64,000 nucleotides of DNA from Azolla caroliniana (lineage: Eukaryota; Plantae; Polypodiophyta): positions 20,832,001-20,896,000 of the forward strand of contig JBHGNT010000002.1 of assembly GCA_043228905.1 (NCBI GenBank), written 5' to 3'. Shown here piece by piece: positions 41,201 to 54,539 of this stretch. Under the pieces are notes generated by a model. It was not told the origin of the DNA. It did no database searches and was given only the letters and a program-made list of their open reading frames with translations. Positions within the stretch are counted from its first letter, which is position 1; every line of letters starts with the position of its first letter. The translations under genes were made by a program, and so were the position numbers.

Positions 41201-43377
41201 TGGCTATATTTTTTCCCTTGGTAGCGTTGTTGTTGCGTGGAGAAGCAAAAAGCATCCAACAGTGGCCCTTTGGCGCACTGAGGTTGAATACCGGGGTGCT
41301 ACCGTTGCCACTTGTGAAGCCATTTGGCTTCGGCGACTGCTGCAAGACTTGCGGATCGAGGTGCTGACCCCGATCCTGATCTACTGTGACAACATAAACA
41401 ACATGCAGTTGGCCAAGAACCCCGTATTCCATGTTCGCACAAAGCACATAGAAGTGCACTACCACTTTGTGCGTGAGCGTGTCCTGAGCGGTGAAGTTGA
41501 ACTTCGGTATGTTCATAAGGATCGGCAAGTTGCCTACATCTTCACCAAACCGCTCGGATCGGACAAGTTGCAGCACTTCACTGAAGTGCTTGGTGTTCAG
41601 CATCTCAACGTGCCACACTTGAGGGCGAGAACGGGCAAAGGCAAAGAAACTGCCGATTGCGCCGATGAGGGAAGAACCGACAAAGGGAGAGACAAGAAGA
41701 AGAAAGGAGCCGAGTCGACAAAGGAAGTTGACACATCCGAACAAGTCGGAACAAGCGGCAACGACGGTAGAGTCAAGAAGGACAGAGCCGACTGGAAGAA
41801 GAAGGCCAAGAGCTGGACATGGTCCGATGTGGTGAAGGGCCTGGAATCGGAAGACGAATCGGAGACAACCGATTCGGTTCAACAGACGGATTCGGAAGAA
41901 CCAGATCAACTCAAGGCCAAGAGGACGAGAAGGCAGCGAAAGTCGACGCCAACACGAAGGAATCGGCGAATCGGCAAGTGACAAAGTTACAACAACGAGG
42001 GAGCTGAATTGGGCCTGTTGAGCAGACAAGCCGACCGAGGAGGTCGAGGTGCACATAATCGGAAGGGTCGCGGCAAACGGGACCGGACCGGACGAGGAGC
42101 GCGAGCGAGGCAGAGTGACTCTTGAAGGAGCCGAGTGGAAGGACTGACTGCCATGGAGACTGACACTACAATCTGACCTCAAGTTGAGCTTGAGGGGGAG
42201 TGTTGAGCGGCAAGCTCAACCGGATCCGGATCAGCTGAATAAGCCTAAGCCGGATTGGCATCCAGAAGGATGAGCGGGTGAGCTGGAGGGCTGGTTAGCC
42301 GGATCAAGCAGTAACCGGAAGCCTAGTAACAGCCTAGACTACTAGGTAGTTAATGTCTCGTAGTTAGTGTCAGAGGCTTGTGTGAGCATTGAAGTACACT
42401 GTACCTTTGTCAGTCATCTTAGGACTTGTATAAATAGTGTTGTTGAGTACGTTGTATTTACAGAGAATTTTACAGATTTGTTGATAATAGATTTAAGTTG
42501 TTCTGCTCTTTCTCTGTCTCTTCTACGTACCTTCTGTGTGTTAATCTCTCTCTCTCTCTCTCTCTCTCTGTTGCTATCCGGCTAAGCCGGTTGTCTAACG
42601 CTTCCGCACCTTTGTTTTTACAAAGGGCCTAAAACGGAAGACAAGTTGGAGACTACCAACTCAGACAAGAGCCGAAACGAATCGGGAGCGACCGATTCAA
42701 ACAAGAGCTAGAACGAATAAGAGGAAATCAATTTGGTTCAAGGTTCGGAGAAGCCGGATCAACTAAAGGCCAAGTGGACGAGAAGGCAGCGGAAGTCGAC
42801 ACCGATACAGAGGAACCGATGGATCGACAAGCGCCAGAGTCATAACATCGAAGGAGCTAAAATGGGCATGTTGAGCAGACAAGCTGACCAAGGAGGTCGA
42901 GGTGCACAGTATCGGACGGGTTGCGGGAAGCGGAAACGGACCGGACGAGGGGCGTGAGCAAGGCGGGAGGACGTCAGAAGGACCGGCTACTATAGACACT
43001 GACATCACGATCCGACCTCAAGTTGAGCTTGAGGGGGAGTGTTGAGCGAGCAAGCTCAACCGGATCTAGATCGGCTGAATAAGCCAAAGCCGGATCGGTG
43101 AGACGGATTCGAGCGAGACTCGGAAGCCTAGTAGTAGCCTAGACTACTAGGTAATCATTGTCTCGTAGTTAGTGTTAGTCGCTCGTATGAGCATTGAAGT
43201 ACATAGTACAGAGTCTTACTGAGTGTCATTTTGAATCTAACTTTACGTTTTGCTCTCTCTGTCTCTCCCACGTATACTCTCTGTGTATTTAGCTTCTCCA
43301 TTAAACCTTCATCTTATTCTCTGTTGCTATTCGGCTGAGCCGGTTTTGTCTAATGCTTCCGCACGTTTACATTCACA
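32290..43377 (+). mobile_element. Ty1/Copia element A (outer), decayed gag-pol 32763-37140, interrupted by element B
   Basis: LTRs 32290-32668 and 43040-43377; TSD GAAAA/GAAAA; PBS TGGTATCAGAGC at 32669; PPT GAGGGGGAG; [35 protein letters not shown] and SSTEAEY fragments with many stops. Confidence 0.95.
37150..42622 (+). mobile_element. Ty1/Copia element B nested in the 3' region of element A (same family, different LTR variant)
   Basis: LTRs 37150-37600 and 42201-42622; TSD AAGGG/AAGGG; PBS at 37601; decayed gag-pol 37693-41981; about 375-bp RT deletion at about 40505 relative to A. Confidence 0.95.
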
Positions 43378-43472
43378 GAAAATGAGGATACACCCACAAA
43401 CCTGACAACACCATATGTGGGCACCTAAAAACCGATGGGTAGGTACAATCAACATTGTGACTGTTGTTGTAC

Positions 43473-44340
43473 TGTTACGGGCATGACCATATAATATCCT
43501 GTGGTGAGAATGTTCCGTAATATTCTATACACGTGGATAAAGTGTGAGGGTTAAACGAGAGTGTAAAGAAGGGGAGGATTACTTTTAATCCTCGGGATTG
43601 AGACAATCCATTAGGCGCTATAAATATGAGGCCTAGCTATCCTCATTTCATCATCTCTTGACTACGTCGAGACTCTGTTCTTGTGGTGGGTCAACTATTG
43701 TAGCGAGCGCGCCAACACCAGGCACGACTCGGTGGTATGGGACGCTGATCGATGCTCTAGTCCGTCTTGATCCTTTCGCTTGGGGGTGGTCGGGTGGATC
43801 AACACCCTTCTTTCTCTCTTGCCTTTCTATCTATCTATTTTTGATATCCTTATCTCATGCTTACTTTAGAACATAAATCTAATAGTTGGTATCAAAGCCA
43901 TGTTTCTAATGTTTCATTTGTTGATTGTTTTTATCTTGTTGGATGGTGATCGATCAATGTACGATTGAGCTTGATCCAGATAACTATCAACAAAGGAACT
44001 TCAATAACTCTTTCTTATTTTTTTTCTATTTCTTTCTTCTCCCAATCTTATCATGTATAGTAAATATGTAATTTTTTACATTGATTCAATTATGTTGTAG
44101 TGGTAATAATTGGTTGTATAAAACGTATACAGATGTGTATGAGGTCAATACCTCCTTTGAAATACATTTGATATGTGATTTGTGTCATATGAATACGAGG
44201 TTAATACCTTAATTGCGTGTGATGTTCACATACATATGTTACGTATCTGTATGAATGAGGTCAATACCTCGATTTGTATGTAAATGATATGCAATTGGTG
44301 TTGTATGCGTAAGAGGATAATACCTCAATTGTGTATTACG
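43473..44340 (+). mobile_element. LTR plus tRNA-iMet PBS plus 5' internal tandem repeats of a truncated retroelement
   Basis: CTATAAATA near 43618; TGGTATCAAAGC near 43887; GAGGTCAATACCT repeated about every 57-60 bp at 44140-44330; left end uncertain. Confidence 0.5.
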
Positions 44341-44386
44341 TTCACCTTTATTTTTGGATGTTTCGTGTACATAAAGGCTATATGGA

Positions 44387-44593
44387 TCGTAAAAATCCGT
44401 CACTATGTGAGGATCGTGAGGCGGAACCACCGGGGTCCTGGACCGGAAGGATTCGAAGTTTGTACTAGCTTTAGCGAGAAAGTATTTAAGATGGATTGAG
44501 ATAGATTGATATGGAGAGAGAGAGATTAAGATAAAGATTGAACGCTCGACTTTCGATTTGAGAGACAAGATACATCACCATTAGGATAACTTG

Positions 44594-44627
<34 letters not shown>

Positions 44628-44880
44628 TTCTTCCCAATTTCTTCATTAGTCCCATCTTGCTTGACCTCCATTCTTTTATAGATCCCCCCATGCATATGAG
44701 GCATGGGATGGTGCAAGACATGCACGTAATACATGAAATGCATGCGATGCCATGTCACTCATCCAAGCTCTCATGTATGAGATTTTACATATAAAAAGTA
44801 CAATGATAAAAAGTACAATGTGGTAAGTCATGTGGCTCTTATGTAGGAGGTGCAAGGTTCAAATTCTTACTTATATTACC
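44387..44880. repeat. Dispersed LTR-like repeat, second copy at 63395-63870
   Basis: ATCCGTCACTA...GGATCGTGAGGCGGAAC...GCGAGAAAGTA...AAAAGTACAATGATA...GGAGGTGCAAGGTTC shared between the two copies. Confidence 0.8.
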
Positions 44881-44978
44881 CTTGTAAACACAAAATTTTA
44901 CAAGGCTTTAATCGTGTATTTACAAATGTTTAACTGCATATTACACCTTCAGTTGACCTCCAATGAACCGATGGAACC

Positions 44979-45141
44979 TGTTGAGCGAGCAAGCTCAACC
45001 GGATCCGGATCGGCTGAATAAGCCTGAGCCGGATGGTATCTGGAAACAACCGGCTGGATCGGAGAGCTGGATTCGAGCGGGAACCGGAAGCCTAGTAGTA
45101 GCCTAGACTACTAGGTAATCATTGTCTCATAGTTAGTGTCA
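44979..45141 (+). mobile_element. First 163 bp of a Copia LTR (family of A/B/C), abruptly truncated
   Basis: TGTTGAGCGAGCAAGCTCAACC start, preceded by GAACC. Confidence 0.9.
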
Positions 45142-45860
45142 GGCGCTTCAAGCGAAGAATTATTTCAACGGCCTCTTCAAAGGATTTGGGATCCTTATCA
45201 TGCACTATCCAATGATAGTCCAAATTGGGGATGCCATTGACAAAACAAGCTATTAACCAGTTGTCCCTTTCTAGACCCGATTTTTGGATTTGGGTTCTAG
45301 CCTGGTGAACATAGTCTTCTAGCGAGGAAAACTTCCTACTAGAGAGGTTCATTAAAGCTTGTCCAACCTCGGTTCGAGATGGAGGTTGCAGAAATTGGCC
45401 CTTGAAAATTGTGACAAAATTTGTCTAGGTATCAGGCAATTTCCCCAAAGTTCAGAGCCCATGCCACAAGGCGGCGGCCTTACCCCCTAATGCTGACATA
45501 TGCAATCTTCGTACTATCTAGCTTGGGATAGAGCTCAAAATGAGACTCCCATCAGCCTAGCCACGTGCAGATTGCTTCTTCGGTTCTTTCCTTTTTTTCT
45601 CCCGTAAATAGCTTTACGACAAACGATGGTTCACCTTGACGCTCATCGGGTCTATTAGTATCATGTTGTATACTAATGACACGTGCATCGAGAGCACTAT
45701 GAGATTGCCAAAGTTCAAAAATCTCATGCAAGGTAGAATTAAGGAAATTTTGTATTTGTAAAAAATACGACTCAATGGGGATTGGCCTAGGAGGATTTCC
45801 TTGATTTCCTTCCGCTTCTGCGGATGACATCGGGTCGTTATTATGAGCCATTGGATGATA
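45142..45860 (-). pseudogene. Ty3/Gypsy gag relic, cut at 45142
   Basis: KLFTGEKKERTEEAICTWL...LGGKAAALW...FKGQFL...FVNGIP...KDPKSFEEAVEI with stops. Confidence 0.7.
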
Positions 45861-47614
45861 ATTTCTGGCACAGAAATGGGATAAGGTCATAACATTATGT
45901 CGTGATGTAAACATATCATGGGCAAACATTAATCGATATCATGATCTCACGTCAATACCCCTCTAGACGTATGAGATGAGGTACAAGATCAGGTTACTAT
46001 GGTAACACAAAGGAATTTTAAAAACCATGGGGGTGACAAATGAATGTCTTTCCTTGATGTCTATATCGATTTTTCATGGCGACTCCTCGAGGCTCAACCA
46101 TGTATGTGAATAATTTAAACACGAAAAAATGTTAACTATGTCTCTGTGCCCACGCATGTGGTTTCGGCTCTTCAAGTCCTATTACAAGGACCCCGAAGGG
46201 CACTTAGACCTAAAGTCTAAACATGTTTTATAGTCATAAATATGTATCACCAATGTTGTATGGTCTTGGTCATATTTGAACTTGAGACCTCGAGAACAAA
46301 TGCATTAAACACTTGAGCTAACCAATTGATTTGCTACTTTTAAATGTTTAATGTTTTATGCATATAGGAGATATGCAAAGGCTTTTGCCCATATATGCCT
46401 TTTTTAAGAAAACATATATGTCGAGAGTCCTTATTTCCCCCTCGTTTACTACAAAATATTTTGGTACGTTACCTACCCTCAAGTCTCATAATTACAATGG
46501 GATATGCCAAAGTGCAACCTAATGGTCAAGCCAAATGAGCCCTCTTTTCGTAGTAGTCCCATTTAGCCCATCACATGGTTACGTCATTACGAATGCTTTC
46601 CGTAATGATGATCTCATGGTGGCATCGTATCCATCTAACGAGGGAGGGATGTTGGATACGTGTGTCATAGGAGCGACCTCACATGAAGTGGGTCAAGCCC
46701 TACGCTCTCAACATCATTGTGGTTATGATCGTTTCGTTATAACGTGTAGCGAAATCAAATTGACCAATGGGGATGACAACAAAACAATTGTTGAAAAAAG
46801 GATGGTGACTACGCCATTCTCACAAAAATGTGACGATGGCCACCAAGATTCTTTCCCCAAAAAAGACAACCTTTGATATAGAAAATCATGTAATAACTAA
46901 ATTTATACACATATGTATGTTTATCACATGTATACGATCAAATACTTATACACGTGTCCACACATGCGTATATTAAAAACAATCTTAACATAAAATAACC
47001 AACAAATGATGAAATTGAGACACGCTGTCGTGAAGATTTTCGGCAACAAGGTGAAAATTGTATGGAATGTACAAAATCGAGTGTGGTTCTTCACACAATA
47101 TGAAACAATAATAGTGAAGATATTATTTTATATTAGTTTAATATCTTGGTACGAAAAGATGGATGTCTTCAAGAGCTTTCAAATGCATTTTACTACATGT
47201 GAAACAGACAACTAAGTGTCAAGTTATGTGACTGTGAATTTTAAGAAGAAGAAGAGGAAAAAACAAAATTGTGAGATATCCCACATAGAAAGGACAACAT
47301 CAAGATTCAAGAGTATATAAGTAGAGCCATATGTCTTTATATTTTATCTATGTGTTAGGAGCACAAAAAGGTTAGGTTGTATAACTTGGACCATAGATTG
47401 ACACATGCGTGATATTTGTGATATTCACTATGCGCAATATTCTCAATATTCAAGAATACGAAATGGCCCCAAGAAGATTAAAAACCCATTCATTTTGCAA
47501 AATATATATAAAATATTTATTTAAATAAATTTATTTCACCAAAAAAAGAACAATTATTCATTAATAGATTATAGTTTCAAGAGAGTTTATGAAACTTATT
47601 TTAATTAATCTATT

Positions 47615-47890
47615 TATTTATTTATTTTAAAAAAACGAATACTTATAACTTATAAGTTTACATTTATTATAAAAATTTAGTTATACTTATAAATATGATT
47701 AGAATGAACTTTAAAGATATGATTAGTGTGAAGTACTATTTTTAATGTCAAAATAAAAATATCCATAAATTTTGAGGGAATAAAAAGTGAGAAATTAATG
47801 AGCCTTTATTTTATTTTATTTATTTATTAAAAATAAAACGAATACATACTTATAACTTATAAGTTATACATTTATTATAAAAATTTAGTT
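47615..47890. repeat. AT-rich direct repeat (about 65 bp, about 205 bp apart)
   Basis: AAAACGAATAC...TTATAACTTATAAGTT.ACATTTATTATAAAAATTTAGTT occurs twice. Confidence 0.7.
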
Positions 47891-48315
47891 GGGTCAAATC
47901 CCCATGTCCCTCTTTTATTATCCCTATTTATTGTCAAGTTCCTTTTTTTTATCCTAGGAAATTAAAAAAGACAAAGTTTTTTTTTTTTTTGAGTTAAATG
48001 AATACTTGACCACCCATTCGTATTCGTATTTGTTTGCATTCGAATGGGAAACCCGACGAATGCAAATATGTCAATTTATGACTTGGACGAATGAATGCGG
48101 CTAAGTTGTTCAAAATGGTTTTGGAGAACCGGACCAGACGGATGACGACGAAACCGGAACCGGATCGAGCCAGACCGGACCGGACTAGACGGAATGTGGA
48201 TTAGATGCAGATTGAACTGCTCGAAACCGGACAAACGGATCGGTCAGATCGGTCGAATAGGTTGATTGTCTTGAAGATTTTTCGGTGTGAAACGAACAAA
48301 ATTGTCTGACGGTTC

Positions 48316-51300
48316 TGTGAATGTTAATGTGCGGAAGCGTCAGATAGAACCAACACAGCCAGATAGCAACAGAAAATGAGATAAAGGTTTAATGGAAAAG
48401 CTTCAAACACAAAGGAGACAGAGAGAGCATACAAAAAAATTAACTCTAAAACTCTTTGTGCATACAACGTGCTAAACAACACTATTTATACAAGTCCATA
48501 AAGGACTAACAGGTACTTCAATGCTCATACGTGCGACTAACACTAACTACGAGACAATGATTACCTAGTAGTCTAGGCTACTACTAGGCTTCCGGTTCCC
48601 GCTCGAATCCGGCTCCCCGATCCGGTCGGTTGTTTTCGAATACCATCCAGCTCATCCTTCCGGATGCCGATCCGACTCAGGCTTATTCAATCGATCCGGA
48701 TCCGGTTGATCTTGCTCGCTCAGCACTCCCCCTCAAGCTCAACTTGAGGTCGGATCGTGGTGTTAGTTGTTGTGAAATTGTTGTGGAATATAAATCACAA
48801 TGAACAGACACTGCTGAAATACGAATCACAGAAATATGCCAAGAAAAGACAAGATGAACAATGGTGCATAGAGATTTACATGGAAACCCTAAAACGGGGA
48901 AAACCACGGGTGGACAGAATCTTCACTATACAACGTGGATATACAACACCGAGAGGAATACAATACTCTGACGAGTGTATCAGCCGCACAGGGCTCTTCG
49001 CGTCTGTTGTTACTCACACAGCTATGGCGCGGCTCACACACACACACACACTCTCTTGCTCTCCTACACATTGTCCTTACAAACAGTTAAAGTTTGCCCT
49101 ATTTGCATATTTACTTACACAACTTTTCTAGCTATTTACATACGTAGCCCTCATGGGGCGCACACTTAGACTATTTACAAGTATAGTCTCCTGAGTTGGC
49201 TATTTACATGATTCCAGTTTCGGCCTCGGCCGAGTTCCTCATCAACTCGGCTCCTGTTTTCCGACTATTTGACTGTCGGCTTCCACTGCGTCCGTGTCCG
49301 CTTGACCTTTGGTTGATCCAGCTTCTCTGAATCTTGAACTGAATTGGTTTCCTTCGATTCATTCCAACTCTTGTCCGAGTCAGTGTTCTTCAACTCGTCT
49401 TCTGGTTTCATGCCCTTCACCACACCGGACCACGTCCGAGTCTTGGCCGTTTTCTTCTGGTCGGCTCTATCCTTCTTGACTCTGCAGCTGATGCCCCTTG
49501 TTCCAACCTTTTCGTATGTGCCAACTCCTTCGGTCGGCTCAACTTCCTTTTTCCTCTTGTCTCCCCTTTTGTTGGTTCTTCTTCCTCTCCGGCTCCTTGT
49601 CTGATGCCATCCGTTCCCTTTCCTTTTCTCCCCCTCAAGTGCGGCACGTCGAGATGCTGAACACCAAGCATTTCGGTGAAGTGCTAAACTTGTCCGATCC
49701 GAGCGGTTTGGTGAAGATATCGGCAATTTGCCGATCCGTCTGAACATACCGAAGTTCTACTTCACCGCTCAAAACCCGCTCACGCACAAAGTGATAGTGG
49801 ACTTCTATGTGCTTCGTCCGAGCATGGAACATGACATTCTTGGTGAGCTGAATGCTGCTCATGTTTTCATAATGGAGAAGGATCGGGGTCGGGACCTCAA
49901 ACCGCAGGTGTTACAGCAGTCGCGAAAGCCAGATGGCTTCACAGGTGGCATTGGTAGCGCCCCGATATTCAGCCTCAGTGCTCGACAAAGCCATTGTTGG
50001 CTGCTTTTTGTTGCTCCACACAACAACAACGCTACCTAGAGAAAACATGTAACCGGAGGTGGATCGGTGATCCGATGCATCACCGGCCTAGTCAACATCT
50101 ATATATCCGACTAGGTCTTTGGTTATACCATGCCGGTATAACAGTCCCCGGTCCTTCGTACTACTCACGTACCAAAGTATCCGGTGTGCGCACTAAAGGT
50201 GCTCGACGATCGGCTTCTACATGAACTGGCTGATCACTCCAACCGGGTAACTGAGGTCGACTTGAGTGATTGTCAAGTATATCAGGCTTCTGATGATTTG
50301 TCGGAACTGTTTCTCATCGCAGGCCGGTCTAGTGTTGGGACAAAGCTTCTGGTTCCGGTCCAGGGGTGTGGAGACAGGTTGGCACTCCGTCATACCAAAC
50401 TTGTACAACATATTCAACACATAGTGTCGTTGTGAGAGCAATATGCCGTCGGGGGTTTGGATCACCTCGATCCCAAGAAAATAATGAAGGTCCCCCAAAT
50501 GCATCCGACAATTGGGACTTTACTCGGCCGATTTCATTGAGTCCAGGTCCGGTGATGCCTAAATCATCAACATAAAGTAGGATGCAAACTGCACCGTCCG
50601 AACCTTGCCAGATGAACAACGACGAGTTGGATTTAGAGGTCACAAACCCCATCTTAAGCAACCGGTGCATGATCTTCGCATTCCAAGCTCGGGGGGCTTG
50701 TTTCAGACCGTAAAGCGACTTCTTGAGCCGGCACACCGCCGACTTGTTCATCTCCGACTCAAAACCGAGAGGTTGGATCATATAGACCCGTTCTTCAAGG
50801 TCACCTTGAAGAAATGCATTCTTCACGTCCATTTGGTGAAGATGCCATCCCCTTGTTGTAGCAACCACCAGTACCACACGAAGTGTCGTCATCTTCGCTA
50901 CCGGGTCGAAGGTCTCATCGTAATCGATTCCCTGGGTCTGTGCGTATCCCTTCGCCACTAACCGGGCCTTGTACCAGTTAACCAAACCGTTGGCATTGTA
51001 CTTTACCTTGTACACCCATTTGCAACCGATCGGTTTACAGTGTTGGGGAGGGTCAACGAGGTCCCATGTGTGGTTGGCACCTAGTGTCCGAATTTCTTCC
51101 TCCATAGTGGCACACCAATTTGTGTCCTTTGCCGCTTCTGCATAGCTCTCCGATTCACGCACTTCCGCCACCTTAGTCATGAGTGCATAATGATGCGCCA
51201 TCTACTCATTGTACCCGTACCGCGTAACAAGGTTCTTCAGGCGAGAAGACCGGCGTAACTTGGTATTACCCGGTTTGGGGCCCTTCTTGGCCAAGTCAGA

Positions 51301-53728
51301 CTTCGTTCCTGAAGATCCGCCTTCATCCTTTCCGGAGTCGAATTCGCTCTGATCCGACTCAACGTTGCCGGTTTCATATTCCAACATCTTCTTCTTCCCC
51401 TTCTCTTTGCGCGTGAACCTTCTCGTCGGTTCCTTGTGCGGGGAGAGCACGGCAGAGTCTCCACTACTTGCTAGTTCCTCATCTGACTGGTCATCCCGAC
51501 TCAGCCGCTCATTCGGTCCACTTAGCCGGAATGAGATCAGACTCTCTTTTAGAGTGTCGAAGTCTTCATCTTCTACTTGGACCACCTCGGGCTCACTAGC
51601 CTCATCTTCCAGAATCGGGTCTTCGTCGGGAGTTGGAGTCGGTAAGGAGTACCATGATGCCCTCTCATCAAACTCGATATCTCGGCTTACTCGAACTTGC
51701 TTAGTTCGGGGGTTATAACACTTATACCCCTTTTGCTGATACGAGTAACCGACTAGACTGCACTTCTCCGACTTCGGATCCAGCTTCCTCCGCTTCTCAT
51801 CCGGTACATGCAAATATGCTATGCTACTGAATATCCGAAGGTGTCTCAAATTCGGCTTGCGCCTGAAATACAGCTCGTGTGCTGACACCTTGTCACTGAT
51901 TCGGTTTTGGATGTAGACGGCCGTCCGGACCGCCTCAGCCTAGTAGAAATGGGGCATGCTCTTCTCCTCCAATATTGCGCTTGCCGCGTCGACAATCGAC
52001 CGGTTCTTCCTTTCGGCCACACCGTTTTCCTCCGGTGTGTACCTGCAGCTGAATTCTCTCCGAATTCTGTTTTGTTGTAGATAACTGTTGAATTGGCCGG
52101 AAAAGTATTCTTTCCCGCCATCCGACTGTAGGCACTTAATCTTCCTCTCTGTTTCCCGTTCAACCAAGCTTTGAAGGTTCCGGAAACACTCGAAGACTTC
52201 GCTCTTCCTCTCGATGAGGTAGATCCACATGTGCCGGCTGTAGTCGTTGATGAAGGAGAAGAAATACCGACTCCCACCAAGACTAACATTTTGTGCCGGT
52301 CCCCATACATCCGAATAGATTAAATCGAGCTTGTTATGGCTTCGGTTTCGATCGGTGGGGAATGGAAGCCGGTGTTGCTTCCCGAGTTGGTAGGATTCAC
52401 AAATTTCGGCCTTCTGGCCGCTAAATTTCGGCAAACCGAAAACGACTTATTTCGATTGCAAGTCTTGAAGCCTCCGATAATTAACGTGGCTGATCCGCTT
52501 GTGCCACAGGTCGATGTTCGATTCGACCTTCTTCCCTTTTGCAAACATAGCGGTGCCGACATCATTGTTGAGGATGAACATCCTCCTGTCTCGCCCTTGC
52601 GCAATTATCCGGCCCTCTTCCTCGATGAAGCACCCTAGGTGCGTAAACCGCACCTGCATCCCTTGGTCGACGATTTGTCCAACTGACACTAGGTTCTTTG
52701 TGATAGTCGGAACGTGTAGTACGTTCATGAGCTTCCCCTTTTGTCCGACATGGCTTAAAGGGACTTCTCCAACATGCACAATCGGGTGAGGGGTGTCGTC
52801 TCCGGTTTCGACAATCCCCGGTTGTTCCGATTTCTCCAAAAAAGAGAACCACTCTTCATGGCTCGTCATGTGGTTGGACGCTCCGGAATCAACGTACCAT
52901 ACTTCGTCCGATCTAGAAGTTGTCTTCTTCATCGAGTTAGCCTTGTGCTTCATCACGAAGGTTGGCCCTTTACCAAATTTCCCGATTCCGGATCCTTTTG
53001 ATCCTTCCGCGTAGTGCGAGCTTTGCTGGTTCTCCCGACTGGTTTTAGCGGATCCGGATTTGTCCGAATCAACGCGCTTCTTCCAACACTGGCTTTCCCT
53101 ATGGCCCATTTTGCCACAATACCAACATTCCGTGTCGGCCTTTCCTTGCCGGTTCCCGGCGCCGCTTTGACTCCCCCTGCTTGTGGAGGGTCCGGAACTG
53201 CTATTGACACACCCTTTGTGCCTCCAGTCTTGCTCTTATCGGCCGCCTCCATTGCGTGCTGACCCACCTCGTCCACCACGTTCATGGGGCTGATCTATCT
53301 TCGTGTACAACATCCGGTCATCCGATTGAGTGGTGCTTGACCCACTCGCGTGGTTTTCTTCGACCAAAATCATTGAATGCAAGTCGAAGAAGGACGGTGG
53401 TTTCTCCCAGGTGCAGATTGCTGTCTGGATTGGCCCGTACCTTTACGCTAGACCACTGAGGCAGATTTGTACTATCTTGTCTTCGTCTACCGTCATGTTG
53501 ATGGACCCGAGTGCATCGCAAATCTCCTTTATCTTGGTGGTGTAGTCCGTAACTTACATGTCTCTTTGCCAAATATTGTTCAGCTCTTGCCGGAGCTGCA
53601 ACTTACGAGCTATGGTACTTGCGGCGAAAATCTTCCATAGATTTTCCCAGACCTCCTTCGACGTCTTTGCATCCTTGATGTAGCTGAGCATTTGATCATG
53701 CACACCGGACGCGAGACAGTACAGTGCC
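48316..53728 (-). mobile_element. Ty1/Copia element C (family of A/B): 3' LTR 48316-48725 and decayed pol/gag, interrupted in gag at 53728
   Basis: ORFs 50329..51201 (RT), 51940..52434 (INT), 52447..53109 (PR) nearly match A/B; PPT next to 48726; flank GGTTC at 48311-48315. Confidence 0.93.
48768..49265 (-). mobile_element. Unrelated Copia-type LTR inserted in the 3' UTR of element C (about 200 bp of host missing)
   Basis: Starts TGTTG where homology to 43000 breaks; GGAAACCC...GGGGAAAACCACGGG motif; host homology resumes at about 49275; no clean TSD. Confidence 0.6.
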
Positions 53729-54539
53729 TGTTGTTGGGGTGGGGGGGTGAAGCCTAGAATGGCTTCACCCCCCTCTCAAGGGGGTTACAAGTGTGAGAGA
53801 GCTAGAGAGAAAGACAAATTGAAAGTGACACAAAATGAGAGGGGAAAAATGTATATTTCATTATGCCCCATGGGTGGGGTTTATATAGTACAAGAGGTAA
53901 TCGTTACAAATAAAGAATTTTATTAGGTACCCTCCGGTTTTGGAAATCTTATCTACTACCTTTGAGCTTCTAAATTCGATTGCGTGCCCTTGAGTTCTTG
54001 CAAATCTTCTCTACGTACCCTTCTCTTCTTTCATTTCCTATCTTCACCTTCTTTCCCTTGTCCTCTTTTCTTCTTCTCTGCGTCTGTCTTCTTCTTTTTC
54101 CTACGTCCTCTTTTCCCCTTCCTTTCCCTTGCTCTACGTCCGACTCTTCGTCGACTCGTTCGGCCTTATGTCCGCTATCTCCCTGTCAGCAGCCGGTTCG
54201 GCCGCTGATGTTCGGCGGCCAACTCTGTTGATGTCCGCTCTGTCGGACTTCGGCCCTCATCTTGTACCGGTTGCTCGATTACTGTCAGACACCGCTCGCG
54301 GTTGTCCGTTGTCTCTGCTGGTCGTAGCCGGCAGTTTGTTGGCTGCGATCGCCGGCCATTGTTGTCCATGGCCGTGTTTGTCCGGCGGCCATCTCTTTGT
54401 CTAGTCGCCTCTCTCGGCATACCTCTGTTTGGCTGTCTCTCGGCGCTCGGCTGACTCTCGGCTCCTGGCTGTCACTCGGTCGTACTCTTACTCTTGGGTA
54501 TCGTTTCTCGGCCATAACCTGGCCGTGCGTCTCTCGGTC

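Noticed and set aside
41115-42182. 355-aa antisense ORF in Copia B
   Set aside because: Shadow of RNase H and its extension; not open at this length in A, C or D
47270-47430. Possible short solo LTR (TGTGAGATATCCCACAT...TATATAAG)
   Set aside because: No clear CA end, TSD or second copy in the window
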